Below are positions 37,420 through 46,322 of a stretch of 64,000 nt of DNA, piece after piece. Made by a program: the position numbers and the translations under genes. Source of the stretch: an uncultured Actinomycetota bacterium (lineage in GTDB: Bacteria > Actinomycetota > Actinomycetes > Mycobacteriales > CAVVZQ01). Under the pieces are notes generated by a model. That model saw only the letters and a program-made list of their open reading frames with translations. It had not been told where the DNA came from and searched no databases. The stretch's first letter is position 1, and each line of letters begins with the position of its first letter. Location of the stretch: NCBI GenBank assembly GCA_963752715.1, contig CAVVZQ010000007.1, positions 456,215 to 520,214 of the forward strand. The letters run 5' to 3'.

Positions 37420-40400
37420 TCAAGCGGCCCCACTGTGCGCACGGTCGTCGCCGACGCGGAGGACCGCCGGGGACTCGGAGCGCTCCTCAGGCTTGGCAAC
37501 GAGTTCCTCGGGACTCGCTTCGGGAGCACTGTCGGGAGCCCCCTCCGGGCTCGCGTCACCCCGTGCGTCGGGGCCTTCGTCTGCCGCCGGCTCGCCGCTC
37601 TCTGGTCCTGTTTCCGGCAGCGAGGCCACCACCTCTCGCGCCACGACCAGCGAGAAGGCATCGACGACAGGCAAGGTGATGGCAGCGTTCGCCCAGTGGC
37701 GGGCTTCCTCGACCCGGCCGGCGGCGAGCAGCGCCTCGGCATAGTGCGCGAGCAGCCGGGCCCGGGGGAGCAGGACCGCATCGGTGCCCTCGCCGGTGGC
37801 GATGACGAGCGGCTCCATCATCTCGACCGCGTCGTCGGCCCGACCCTGATGCCCGACGGCTATCGCGAGCAGGGCTTCCAGAGCCATCAGCGAGCGTTGC
37901 TCGACGTCGGTGCGGCGCAGGATGTCCAGCGCCCGGCGGGCCCGCGCCTCGGCGATCTCCGGCTTGCCCTCCCGGATGTTGAGGTAGCCGAGGAAGCCCA
38001 GGGCCAAGACACCCGTGAACGGCGCACGGCCCTCCACGGACCGCTGCAGCGCCAGCTCGAGGGTGGCCTCGGCCTGCTCGTAGTCACCCGTCACCACCAG
38101 GTTCTGACCCTGCGCGACCAGCGCGAACGACTCTCCCCAGAGATCATTGAGCAGCCTCATGCTCTCCAGCGACCGCTGCGCGTCCCGGGCGGACTCCCGG
38201 TGGCGTCCCAGCGCCGATCCCGCGATCGAGCGCACCGCCAGCAGCACCGCCTCACCCCAGCGGTCACCGCTGCCGCTGACGGGGCGACCCGCAAAACCTC
38301 CGGGCAACTCACCAGACGCCGCCCAGGACGGCTCCGAGTCGCCGTCCCCGTCCCCGGCGTCCGCGCCGATCAGCCGCCCGGCCAGAATCCACGCGTCGCG
38401 GAACCTGCCCTGAAGCAGCCAGATCATCGCGCGGGTTCCCTCGACCCAGGCAAGACCTGCCCGGAACCCGACCTCCCGGAACGTGGACTCCGCCCAGGCG
38501 AGTACGTCGAGTGCCTCGTCGAAGTCCCCACGCATCGTCTTGGTCCAGGCGAGGTGCTGCAGTGTCCAGCCGAGACCCTGGGTGTCCGGAGTCTCCTCAG
38601 CCAGCGCGAGCGCCTCCCCGAAGGTCGTCTCGGACTCGGCAAGCTGCCCGGAGAAGAACTGGAGCTGGCCGAGCTGCCGGAGAGCCTGCCCTGCTTCGAC
38701 CGACAGCGAGGCGTTCTGGGCAATCGTCAGCGCCTGGTTCGCGTGGGCGGTCGCCACCCAGAGGTCCCCTCTGGCTCGAGCGACGCTAGTGAGCACAAGA
38801 TGTGCGCCGCTGCGGATCTCAGGGTCCTCGTGCTCGGACAGCGGACCCGCCTCCCGCTTGGCCTCGACCAGCTCGCCGGCGCTCGCCAGTGCCCAGGCGC
38901 GGTCCAGCCCGACCGACGGGGGGTAGTCGCCACCGGTGAGAACCGCGACACGGTCGAAGTTCCGCAGGGCCTCCGCCGGCATGGCCCGCCGCAGCGCACG
39001 TGAGCCCAGCCAGGCGAATGCCGGAGCGGCCACGTCCCGCAACGGTTCCATCACGTCCTCGGGCGGCAGGTTCAGGTCGTCGGCGAGGACCATCGCGCGG
39101 TCCGCGTGAGTGGCGATCAACAGCTCGGGCAGCTGGGTCGGCTGCGAGTCGTCCGAGAGCCACAACGAGTCGTCGGTCGTCCCCAGAGCGCCTCCCCCGC
39201 GCTCGCCGCCTGCCACGAAGCGCGCGAGCTGTACGTGCTGCCGCGCCCGCTCCGCCTTCGGTATCCCGGCGTAGACGACCTCCTGGATCAGCGCGTTGGC
39301 GAAGACGTACGTCTCCGACTCCGCGTACCGCAGCAGCCCACGGTCGAGCAGCTCCTGCAGACCCCGGCGCAGTCCCGCGCTGTCGCCATCGGCCAGCGCC
39401 CCCAGCACAGCAAGGCGGATCGGGGATCCCACGATGGACGCGTCGCGCAGCACCTCCCTGCCTTGCGGGCTGAGCTGGTCGATGCGCGAGGCCAGCACCG
39501 CCCGTACCCCGGAAGGCAGCAGGGAACCCGTCCGGCCCTTGAGCGTCCAGATCCCGGCCTCCTGGCTGAGGACACCCTGCTCGACAAGGAGGGTGACGAT
39601 CTCCCCCAGGAAGAAGGGGTTGCCTGCCGCTCGCTCCTTGACCACATCGGCGGCCGCCGGGTCGACCGGACCGTTCAGGCTCTGCTGGAGCAGGTCATCG
39701 ATGGCGGCGTCCGGGAGCGGCATGAGCCCGAGCCATCGCACCCGCTCGATGGCGGTCCCGAGAACACGGTCGGCCGCGGCGGAGATCTGCTCGGGCAGCT
39801 CGGGCCGGGCCGCCAGGACGAAGCCGAGCGGGCCGGACACCCGACGCAGCAGCCCCAGCGCCAGCTCAATCAGTCCCTCAGTCATCCACTGCGCGTCGTC
39901 GAGCACGACGACGACCGGGCCGCCGGCGGTGGCCAGCCGGAGCAGCGAGTCGAAGGCGTCCACGTCGCCCGGTGGGCTCGCCCCGGGTGCGGCGGTCAGT
40001 ACGGGTCCGGGCGGGGAGCCCGGGTCAGACTCCGCCAGCCCCAGCATGGACGCCAGTCGTGGGATGAGATCAGCGGTGACGGTGACCTCGGGATGGGTCT
40101 GGATCAGCCGGCCGACGGTTCGCTCCACGCGCTGCAGGGCCTCGAGCCGGTCGGTATCTCCTCCCACCCCGCACAGGTCACGCACCAGTTCTGCGAGCGG
40201 GACCAGATCTCGTTCCGCGCCGTACGGCGGACAGTGGCCTCGCACCACCAAGGTGCCGGGAACGTCGCCGATCACCCTGGTGAACTCGCGCACCAGCCGG
40301 GACTTGCCCACGCCGGCCTCGCCCACCACCACACACAGCGAGGGCTCTCCACCGTCCACGGCGTCCCGGAACCAGTCCGAGAGCACCTGGAGCTCCGTGG

Positions 40401-41250
40401 CGCGGTCCACGAAGGGTGCCATGTAGCCGACCCGGACCCCGGAGTCCCCCAGGCCTGCCGCAGCGGCTCTCGCGTGCTCCGCGCCGGCAGTGGTCGCGCT
40501 GTCTGTGTCGGGCTCGCCATCCAGCCCCGCTTCCGTCCGCTGCAGCGCCGCGTCGGCTTCGGCCATCGAACGGGAGGCCGGGCCGCCGCGGTGCGGCGCG
40601 ACCTCGCGGATGGACTCCAGCTGGTAGGCGCGTACCGGTGCCAGCTTGCCCTTCAGCGCCAAGGGTGGCAGCCGGCGCCAGACCACGGTGGGCCCGACGG
40701 CATCCACCGTCGCCTGCCCTGCGTAGATGTCACCGGCGTGAGCGGCATCCGCGAGCCGGGAGGCCGTGTTGACGATGTCCCCCACCACGGTGTAGGCGAG
40801 CTGGGCCTGGACTCCGGAGACGACCTCGCCGGTGTTGAGGCCGACGTGGAGACCGAGCCGCTGGCCGGCGCCGATCTCCTCGGCGAGCACCTCGCGTACT
40901 CCGAGCTGCATCGCGCCCGCTGCCCGTACGGCACGCTCGGCGTCGTCCTCGTGGGCCACAGGCGCCCCGAAGACCGCCATGATCCCGTCCCCGGTCAGCT
41001 TGTCGACGTGGCCACCGAAGGCGACCACCACCTGCGCCATGACTCGCAGCACCCGATCGGTGAGCCGCCCTACCCGTTCCGGGTCGAGCGTCTCCGCCCA
41101 TGCGGTGAAGTCCGAGAGGTCCCCGAACATGACCGTCACGACCCGACGCTCCGCGCCCCCGGGGGACACCCCCCGGCCGGCCGGCGTCCCGCACTGGGAG
41201 CAGTAGCGCGCGTCATGCCCGAGCTCCCTGCCACAGGCGATGCAGTTCAC
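37420..41250 (-). CDS. Zn-ribbon + class III adenylate/guanylate cyclase + STAND/AAA ATPase + TPR protein, 1276 aa
   Basis: MNCIACGRELGHDARYCSQCG, then cyclase VTVMFGDLSDFT...GDGIMAVFG. P-loop GEAGVGKSRL, long TPR-like C-terminal half and an acidic Pro-rich tail. GTGA overlap with the MBL stop. Confidence 0.9.
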   Translation of the reverse strand: MNCIACGRELGHDARYCSQCGTPAGRGVSPGGAERRVVTVMFGDLSDFTAWAETLDPERVGRLTDRVLRVMAQVVVAFGGHVDKLTGDGIMAVFGAPVAHEDDAERAVRAAGAMQLGVREVLAEEIGAGQRLGLHVGLNTGEVVSGVQAQLAYTVVGDIVNTASRLADAAHAGDIYAGQATVDAVGPTVVWRRLPPLALKGKLAPVRAYQLESIREVAPHRGGPASRSMAEADAALQRTEAGLDGEPDTDSATTAGAEHARAAAAGLGDSGVRVGYMAPFVDRATELQVLSDWFRDAVDGGEPSLCVVVGEAGVGKSRLVREFTRVIGDVPGTLVVRGHCPPYGAERDLVPLAELVRDLCGVGGDTDRLEALQRVERTVGRLIQTHPEVTVTADLIPRLASMLGLAESDPGSPPGPVLTAAPGASPPGDVDAFDSLLRLATAGGPVVVVLDDAQWMTEGLIELALGLLRRVSGPLGFVLAARPELPEQISAAADRVLGTAIERVRWLGLMPLPDAAIDDLLQQSLNGPVDPAAADVVKERAAGNPFFLGEIVTLLVEQGVLSQEAGIWTLKGRTGSLLPSGVRAVLASRIDQLSPQGREVLRDASIVGSPIRLAVLGALADGDSAGLRRGLQELLDRGLLRYAESETYVFANALIQEVVYAGIPKAERARQHVQLARFVAGGERGGGALGTTDDSLWLSDDSQPTQLPELLIATHADRAMVLADDLNLPPEDVMEPLRDVAAPAFAWLGSRALRRAMPAEALRNFDRVAVLTGGDYPPSVGLDRAWALASAGELVEAKREAGPLSEHEDPEIRSGAHLVLTSVARARGDLWVATAHANQALTIAQNASLSVEAGQALRQLGQLQFFSGQLAESETTFGEALALAEETPDTQGLGWTLQHLAWTKTMRGDFDEALDVLAWAESTFREVGFRAGLAWVEGTRAMIWLLQGRFRDAWILAGRLIGADAGDGDGDSEPSWAASGELPGGFAGRPVSGSGDRWGEAVLLAVRSIAGSALGRHRESARDAQRSLESMRLLNDLWGESFALVAQGQNLVVTGDYEQAEATLELALQRSVEGRAPFTGVLALGFLGYLNIREGKPEIAEARARRALDILRRTDVEQRSLMALEALLAIAVGHQGRADDAVEMMEPLVIATGEGTDAVLLPRARLLAHYAEALLAAGRVEEARHWANAAITLPVVDAFSLVVAREVVASLPETGPESGEPAADEGPDARGDASPEGAPDSAPEASPEELVAKPEERSESPAVLRVGDDRAHSGAA

Positions 41251-42104
41251 CGGCTCACCTCGCCCTGCTGGACCGGATCCCGACCCGACTCCCGCGGCGC
41301 AGCCGCCGGGGCGGCCGGGGCAGGCGGGGCATCCGAGAGACCCTCGGGGGCCAGATACTCCAGCTGGGCCCGTACGGACCGCTCAGCCGCGGGCCACAGC
41401 ACCGGGTCGACGTCGGCGTACACCCGCCGTACCACCTCCCAGGACGTCGTGTCCCCCGCTCGGACGGCATCCCGTACCTGGTTCAGGCGCATCTCACGGT
41501 GGGCAAGGTAGGCCCGGGCCGCCTCGGCGGCGTCCGCGAGGGGGGGACCGTGTCCCGGCAGCACCCTCATGCCCGCCAGCGAGGAAAGCCTGCGGAGGGA
41601 CTCCAGGTACGGGGCGAGCCGGCCATCCGGGTACGCGACCACCGTGGTGCCCTCCCCCAGCATGGTGTCTCCGGTGAGCACCGAGCCGGCGCCGTCCCCG
41701 GTGAGCACGAAGCACGCCGAGTCCGCGGTGTGACCCGGGGTGGCGAGCACCCGCAGCTGGACCCCTGCACAGACGATGGTCTCGTCGGCAGCGAGTGCCG
41801 GGGCGTCTCGGCACCAGGCGGCGTCCCGGGCCCGCACCGGTGCTCCGGTCGCGGCATGGACCGCTCCGACTGCGTCGCTGTGGTCGGGATGGCCGTGGGT
41901 CAGCAGGATCAGCGCGATCTCACCCACGTCAGCGATGGCGGCAAGGTGCTCAGGATCCTGAGGGCCAGGGTCCACCAGGACGGCGGCGCCGCCGGCTCGC
42001 AGGACCCAGGTGTTCGTCCCTGACAGGGTCATGGGCGAGGCGTTGCCAGCTCGCAGGAGCGCGGCTGTGTCGGTCACTCGCTGTGCTGCAGCCACGCGAC
42101 TCAC
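41247..42104 (-). CDS. MBL-fold metallo-hydrolase
   Basis: LLTHGHPDHSDAV (HxHxDH) motif; 285 aa. Confidence 0.85.
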   Translation of the reverse strand: MSRVAAAQRVTDTAALLRAGNASPMTLSGTNTWVLRAGGAAVLVDPGPQDPEHLAAIADVGEIALILLTHGHPDHSDAVGAVHAATGAPVRARDAAWCRDAPALAADETIVCAGVQLRVLATPGHTADSACFVLTGDGAGSVLTGDTMLGEGTTVVAYPDGRLAPYLESLRRLSSLAGMRVLPGHGPPLADAAEAARAYLAHREMRLNQVRDAVRAGDTTSWEVVRRVYADVDPVLWPAAERSVRAQLEYLAPEGLSDAPPAPAAPAAAPRESGRDPVQQGEVSR

Positions 42105-42167
42105 CCTCAGGGGTCCGGGCGGGACCCTGCCGTCCTGTGCGGCCCACCGATCCGGAACGTCCGACGG

Positions 42168-43590
42168 TCACGCCGGGAGGGCGGGCTCCTCGATGGTTAG
42201 TGTCCCACGGAGGCACCCGGACTCGCGATCGACGGAGAACTGGGGCCGGTAGCGCCGCACAACCTGGTCCCGTCCGGCCGCCAAGGCATCCGCTGTACCT
42301 GGCGAAGCCGGCCAGGTCGGCAAGTGTCTGACGGGTCGGGGGAAGCATGGTCAGCTCGCCCGCTCCGACCCTGTCCAGCAGTTCCTCCGGCGTCGCCCAC
42401 CACACTGAGTCCGCCTCGGAAGCGGGCGTACGGACGTCCTGCCCAGCCGGTAGCTCCGCCAGCAGGAAGCGGGTATCGAATCTCCGGGGCTCGCCGACGG
42501 GGGTGACCCAGATGGCCCACGGTACGAAGGCGGCAGGGTCGAGAGCCAGGCGGTGTGCCTCGAGCAGGTCCGCGAAGGAGGACTCGCCCTGTTCGAGGCG
42601 CCGGCGCCACCCGTCCGCGTCCGCAATCTGCGGCGGACCGGGCGCACCGGTTTCTCCGGGGGCACCGGGTTCCCCCGGCTCACCGGCTTCCCCGGACGCG
42701 ATGGCAAGCAGGATGCCGACCTCCTCGAAGGTCTCCCGCGCGGCCGCCACGAGAATCGCATCCGCCAGCTCCACGGAGGCGCCCAGCCTGGCCGACATGC
42801 CCCCACCACCTGCGCGCCACGTGACCGCCGAGAAGTCGCCCGGCTCGACCGCACCACCCGGGAAGACGGTCATCCCGGCAGCGAAGGCCATCTTCCGTAC
42901 CCGACGCTGGACCAGCAGCTCCATCCCGGCGGAACCGTCGCGAAGGAGCACCACGGTGGCCGCGTTCCGGACCGGCACGTCACGCCGCTCCCCCAGGCCC
43001 CGGCGCAGCGAGTCCGCCAGCGCTCCGTGAATCTCGCCCAGGTCCACGGTCCGGACGCGGGGCGCCCCCGCTCCCTCAGCCACCGGCCGCCCCAGGCACG
43101 CAGAGCCCACGACAGTGCCCACGTCAGAGCCCACCTCAAGAATGGCTTCCACTTCGACCGACGCCCCGAGCGGCAGGGCAGCGACTCCCACTGCGCTGCG
43201 CGCGTGGCGGCCCGCCTCGCCGAACACCTGCGACATCAGGTCACTGGCACCGTTGACCACCGCGGGCTGGGCGGTGAAGCCGGGCGCGCTGGCCACGAAC
43301 CCGACCAGCTTCACGACCCGGGTGAGCGCACTCAGACCCACCGCGCCGTCCGCCACAGCGAGGACGTTGACCGCGCACTGGCGCGCAGCGGCCTCGGCCT
43401 GCTCCACTGTGACGGCCTCTCCGACCGCTCCCACGCAGAGCAGCTCACCGTCGGCGAAGGGAAGCTGGCCCGAGACGTACAGGGTGCGCCCGGTGAGCAC
43501 TGCCGGCAGGTAGGAAGCCACCGGCGTGGTGGGGGCCGGAAGCCTCAGCCCGAGCTCGGCGAGCCGCGCGTGCGGGTCGGGGCGGGTCAC
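42168..43590 (-). CDS. RidA (YjgF/TdcF) domain fused in frame to a NUDIX hydrolase domain; apparent frameshift near 42300
   Basis: RidA part ends with VEVEAILEV. The Nudix box is GGAVEPGDF...ARETFEEVGIL, and no stop separates the two. After 42300, GC3 favours another frame that ends at TGA 42168-42170, whereas the track ORF runs to 41950. Confidence 0.7.
43099..43134 (-). repeat. Three tandem 12-nt units (GTGGGCTCTGAC / GTGGGCACTGTC / GTGGGCTCTGCG) forming the RidA-Nudix linker VGSDVGTVVGSA
   Basis: Read directly on the minus strand. Confidence 0.85.
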
Positions 43591-43751
43591 GATCGAGGGC
43601 GCTTGAGATAGGCGACGAGCTGTTCGGGGTTGGGGCCGGGAACGACGGTCACCAGCTCCCAGCCGTCGGCACCCCACTGGTCGAGAATCTGCTTGGTCGC
43701 GTGCACCAGCAACGGGACCGTGGCGTACTCCCACGACTGTGTGGTCTGCAT
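43587..43751 (-). CDS. DUF4177-like small protein (54 aa), absent from the ORF track
   Basis: MQTTQSWEYATVPLLVHATKQILDQWGADGWELVTVVPGPNPEQLVAYLKRPRS. High GC3. GTGA overlap with the RidA start. Confidence 0.7.
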   Translation of the reverse strand: MQTTQSWEYATVPLLVHATKQILDQWGADGWELVTVVPGPNPEQLVAYLKRPRS

Positions 43752-43757
43752 GTCTGC

Positions 43758-43763
43758 AGCCTA
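43758..43763 (-). promoter_or_regulatory. -10-like TAGGCT, 6 nt upstream of the DUF4177 ATG (leaderless geometry)
   Basis: Plus-strand AGCCTA at 43758-43763; minus-strand ATG at 43751. Confidence 0.45.
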
Positions 43764-43778
43764 TGCCTCCGGCGGCGT

Positions 43779-43784
43779 TAGGCT
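43779..43784 (+). promoter_or_regulatory. -10-like TAGGCT, 7 nt upstream of the ArsA-like GTG (leaderless geometry)
   Basis: TAGGCT at 43779-43784; GTG at 43792. Confidence 0.45.
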
Positions 43785-43791
43785 CACGTTC

Positions 43792-44844
43792 GTGACGGCT
43801 CTGGAGCGCGCATGGCGGCCTGCACGCCTGCACGTGGTCACCGGCAAGGGTGGGACCGGCAAGACGACCGTTGCCGCAGCTCTCGCCCTCGCCCTCGCCG
43901 GTGGCGGGGCACGGGTACTGCTAGTCGAGACCGAGGGACGCCAGGGCATCGCACAGGTGTTCGACACCCCTCCGCTGCCGTTCGAGGAGACCTCGGTGGC
44001 GCTGGCGTCCGACGGCGGCGAGGTACGGGCGCTGCCCCTCGATCCCGAGGAGGCGGTCCTGGAGTACCTGGACATCTTCTACGGGCTGCGTCGCGCGGGC
44101 TGGGCGCTACGTCGTACCGGGGCGCTGGACTTCGCGACCACCATCGCCCCCGGTGTCAAGGACGTCCTCATCACGGGCAAGGTGAAGGAGCTCGTCGACC
44201 GGATCGGGGAAGGCCGCACGCACTACGACGCGGTCGTCATGGACGCGCCTCCGACGGGCAGGATCACGCAGTTCCTGACCGTCACCGCGGAGGTCGCGGG
44301 GCTGGCCGGGATGGGGCCGATCAAGGGCCAGAGCGAGTCGGTCGCGCGGGTCATGCGCAGTGAGCAGACGCTCGTCCACGTCGTCTCGATCCTGGAGGAG
44401 ATGCCTGTGCAGGAGACCGCCGACGCGATCGCCGAGATGACCGACGCGGGACTGCACGTGGGCCACATCCTGGTCAACATGGTCCGGCCCCTGCACTTCC
44501 CGCCCGAGCGACTCGCCGACGCGGCGAGCGGTCGTCTGGACGCCGGGGCGGTGGCGGCAGACCTGCGCCGGGTCGGGCTGCCCGCATCCCCAGAGACGGT
44601 GACAGCGCTGCTCGACGAGGCCCGCGACCACGCCCAGCGGGTACTGCAGGAGCGCGAGCTCCGGGAACGGCTCCGCCACATCCACCGCCCCACCATCGAG
44701 CTGCCCCTTCTGACCGGTCCGATGGATCTCGGCGCGGTCTACGGGCTGGCCACCACGCTGCGGGAGGCCGGCGTCACCACGGCAGCCCGGGTGGTACGGG
44801 AGGGGTCGACGAAGCCTCGCGGACGCCGGGGTGGTGACTCGTGA
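43792..44844 (+). CDS. ArsA/Get3-like ATPase 1
   Basis: Deviant Walker A VVTGKGGTGKTT. GTG at 43792; the ATG at 43750 is an alternative start. Confidence 0.85.
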   Translation: MTALERAWRPARLHVVTGKGGTGKTTVAAALALALAGGGARVLLVETEGRQGIAQVFDTPPLPFEETSVALASDGGEVRALPLDPEEAVLEYLDIFYGLRRAGWALRRTGALDFATTIAPGVKDVLITGKVKELVDRIGEGRTHYDAVVMDAPPTGRITQFLTVTAEVAGLAGMGPIKGQSESVARVMRSEQTLVHVVSILEEMPVQETADAIAEMTDAGLHVGHILVNMVRPLHFPPERLADAASGRLDAGAVAADLRRVGLPASPETVTALLDEARDHAQRVLQERELRERLRHIHRPTIELPLLTGPMDLGAVYGLATTLREAGVTTAARVVREGSTKPRGRRGGDS

Positions 44845-45983
44845 CGGAGTCTCCTCCCCTGGACGTGGACGGCCTGCTGGCCGATCCGGCGACCCGTGTG
44901 ATCGTCTGCTGCGGCTCCGGAGGGGTCGGGAAGACGACGACCGCCGCCGCCCTCGCCCTGCGCGCGGCCGAGGCGGGACGAACCGTGGTTGTCCTCACCA
45001 TCGACCCGGCGCGTCGGCTGGCTCAGGCGATGGGCCTGTCGGAGCTGGACAACGATCCCCGCCCGGTGCCGGAGACGACCGCGGCCGGAGGTCGTCTCGA
45101 CGCCATGATGCTCGACATGAAACGCACCTTCGACGAGATCGTCCTGGCGCATGCCACCGAGGACCGCGCCCGGGAGATCCTCGCGAACCCCTTCTACCAG
45201 ACGCTGTCGTCGTCCTTCGCCGGGACGCAGGAGTACATGGCGATGGAGAAGCTGGGCCAGCTGCGGGCCCGGAACGACTGGGACCTGATCATCGTGGACA
45301 CCCCGCCCAGCCGGTCCGCGCTGGACTTCCTCGACGCGCCCAACCGGCTGGGATCCTTCCTCGACAGCCGCTTCCTGCGGCTGCTCATCGCCCCCGCGCG
45401 CACCGGCGGCCGAGGCGCCGCTCGCGTCATGGGTGCCAGCGCCTCGTTCGCCTCACGGGTCATGAAGCGGGTGATCGCCACCCAGCTGCTCGAGGACATC
45501 GCCCTCATCCTGCAGGCGTTCGAGTCGATGTTCGGGGGGTTCCGGGAGCGCGCCCAGGCAACCTACGACATGCTCAAGGCCTCCGACACCGCGTTCCTCG
45601 TCGTTGCGGCACCGGAGCCGGACGCCTTGCGAGAGGCCTCCTACTTCGTGCGCCGGCTCCAGGAAGAGGCCATGCCACTGGGCGGTCTCGTGCTCAACCG
45701 GGTGCCTCACGTGCCCCCGGGGGCGCAGGCGATCAACGGCGAACGGAGCCTGGCCGCCTCGGAGATCCTGGTCGAAGAAGACCCGGCGAACCTGACTGCC
45801 GCGCTTCTGCTGGTGCACTCCGACCTGGTGACGGAGGCTGCTCACGCCCGGCACCTGAGCACCCGCTTCCGGGCTGCCAACCCCGAGGTGCCGGTGACCG
45901 AGGTGCCCGCGCTGGCGGAGGACGTCCACGACCTCGACGGGCTCCGGACGATCGGCTCGGCGATGGCTCGGGATCTGACCTGA
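44841..45983 (+). CDS. ArsA/Get3-like ATPase 2
   Basis: VCCGSGGVGKTTTAAA and LTIDPARRLAQ. GTGA overlap with ATPase 1. Confidence 0.85.
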   Translation: MTESPPLDVDGLLADPATRVIVCCGSGGVGKTTTAAALALRAAEAGRTVVVLTIDPARRLAQAMGLSELDNDPRPVPETTAAGGRLDAMMLDMKRTFDEIVLAHATEDRAREILANPFYQTLSSSFAGTQEYMAMEKLGQLRARNDWDLIIVDTPPSRSALDFLDAPNRLGSFLDSRFLRLLIAPARTGGRGAARVMGASASFASRVMKRVIATQLLEDIALILQAFESMFGGFRERAQATYDMLKASDTAFLVVAAPEPDALREASYFVRRLQEEAMPLGGLVLNRVPHVPPGAQAINGERSLAASEILVEEDPANLTAALLLVHSDLVTEAAHARHLSTRFRAANPEVPVTEVPALAEDVHDLDGLRTIGSAMARDLT

Positions 45984-45986
45984 GCC

Positions 45987-46322
45987 TCAGGACCTGACAG
46001 CGACGGCGCCGAACCCCACCTCGCGCGGCGCCCGGGGACCCGGGATCCGGGACTCGGTGCCCGACTCGTGGGTGGTGAGGAGCGACCGCCAGCTACCCAC
46101 ATCGGGGCGACGGCGCAAGAGGGCCCTGCGCTCCCGCTCGGTCATGCCGCCCCAGACTCCGAACTCGATCCGGTTGTCGAGCGCGTCCGCCAGGCACTGC
46201 AGCCGAACCTCGCACCCCATGCACACCAGCTTGGCGCGGTTCTGAGCCGCTCCCTGGACGAAGAGTGCGTCTGGGTCGAGCGTGCGACAGGCCCCGCGGC
46301 CCACCCACTCACCGGAAACCAT
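45987..46322 (-). CDS. whiB: WhiB-family Fe-S transcription factor
   Basis: Four Cys (C...CMGCEVRLQC) and GVWGGMTERERR. GGAGG lies 7 nt before the ATG at 46322. Confidence 0.9.
   Translation of the reverse strand: MVSGEWVGRGACRTLDPDALFVQGAAQNRAKLVCMGCEVRLQCLADALDNRIEFGVWGGMTERERRALLRRRPDVGSWRSLLTTHESGTESRIPGPRAPREVGFGAVAVRS

Noticed and set aside
41950-42167. The last ~70 codons of track ORF 41950-43833, which overlap the MBL gene.
   Set aside because: Low GC3 and an implausible 155-nt overlap. An alternative frame with better statistics stops at 42168.
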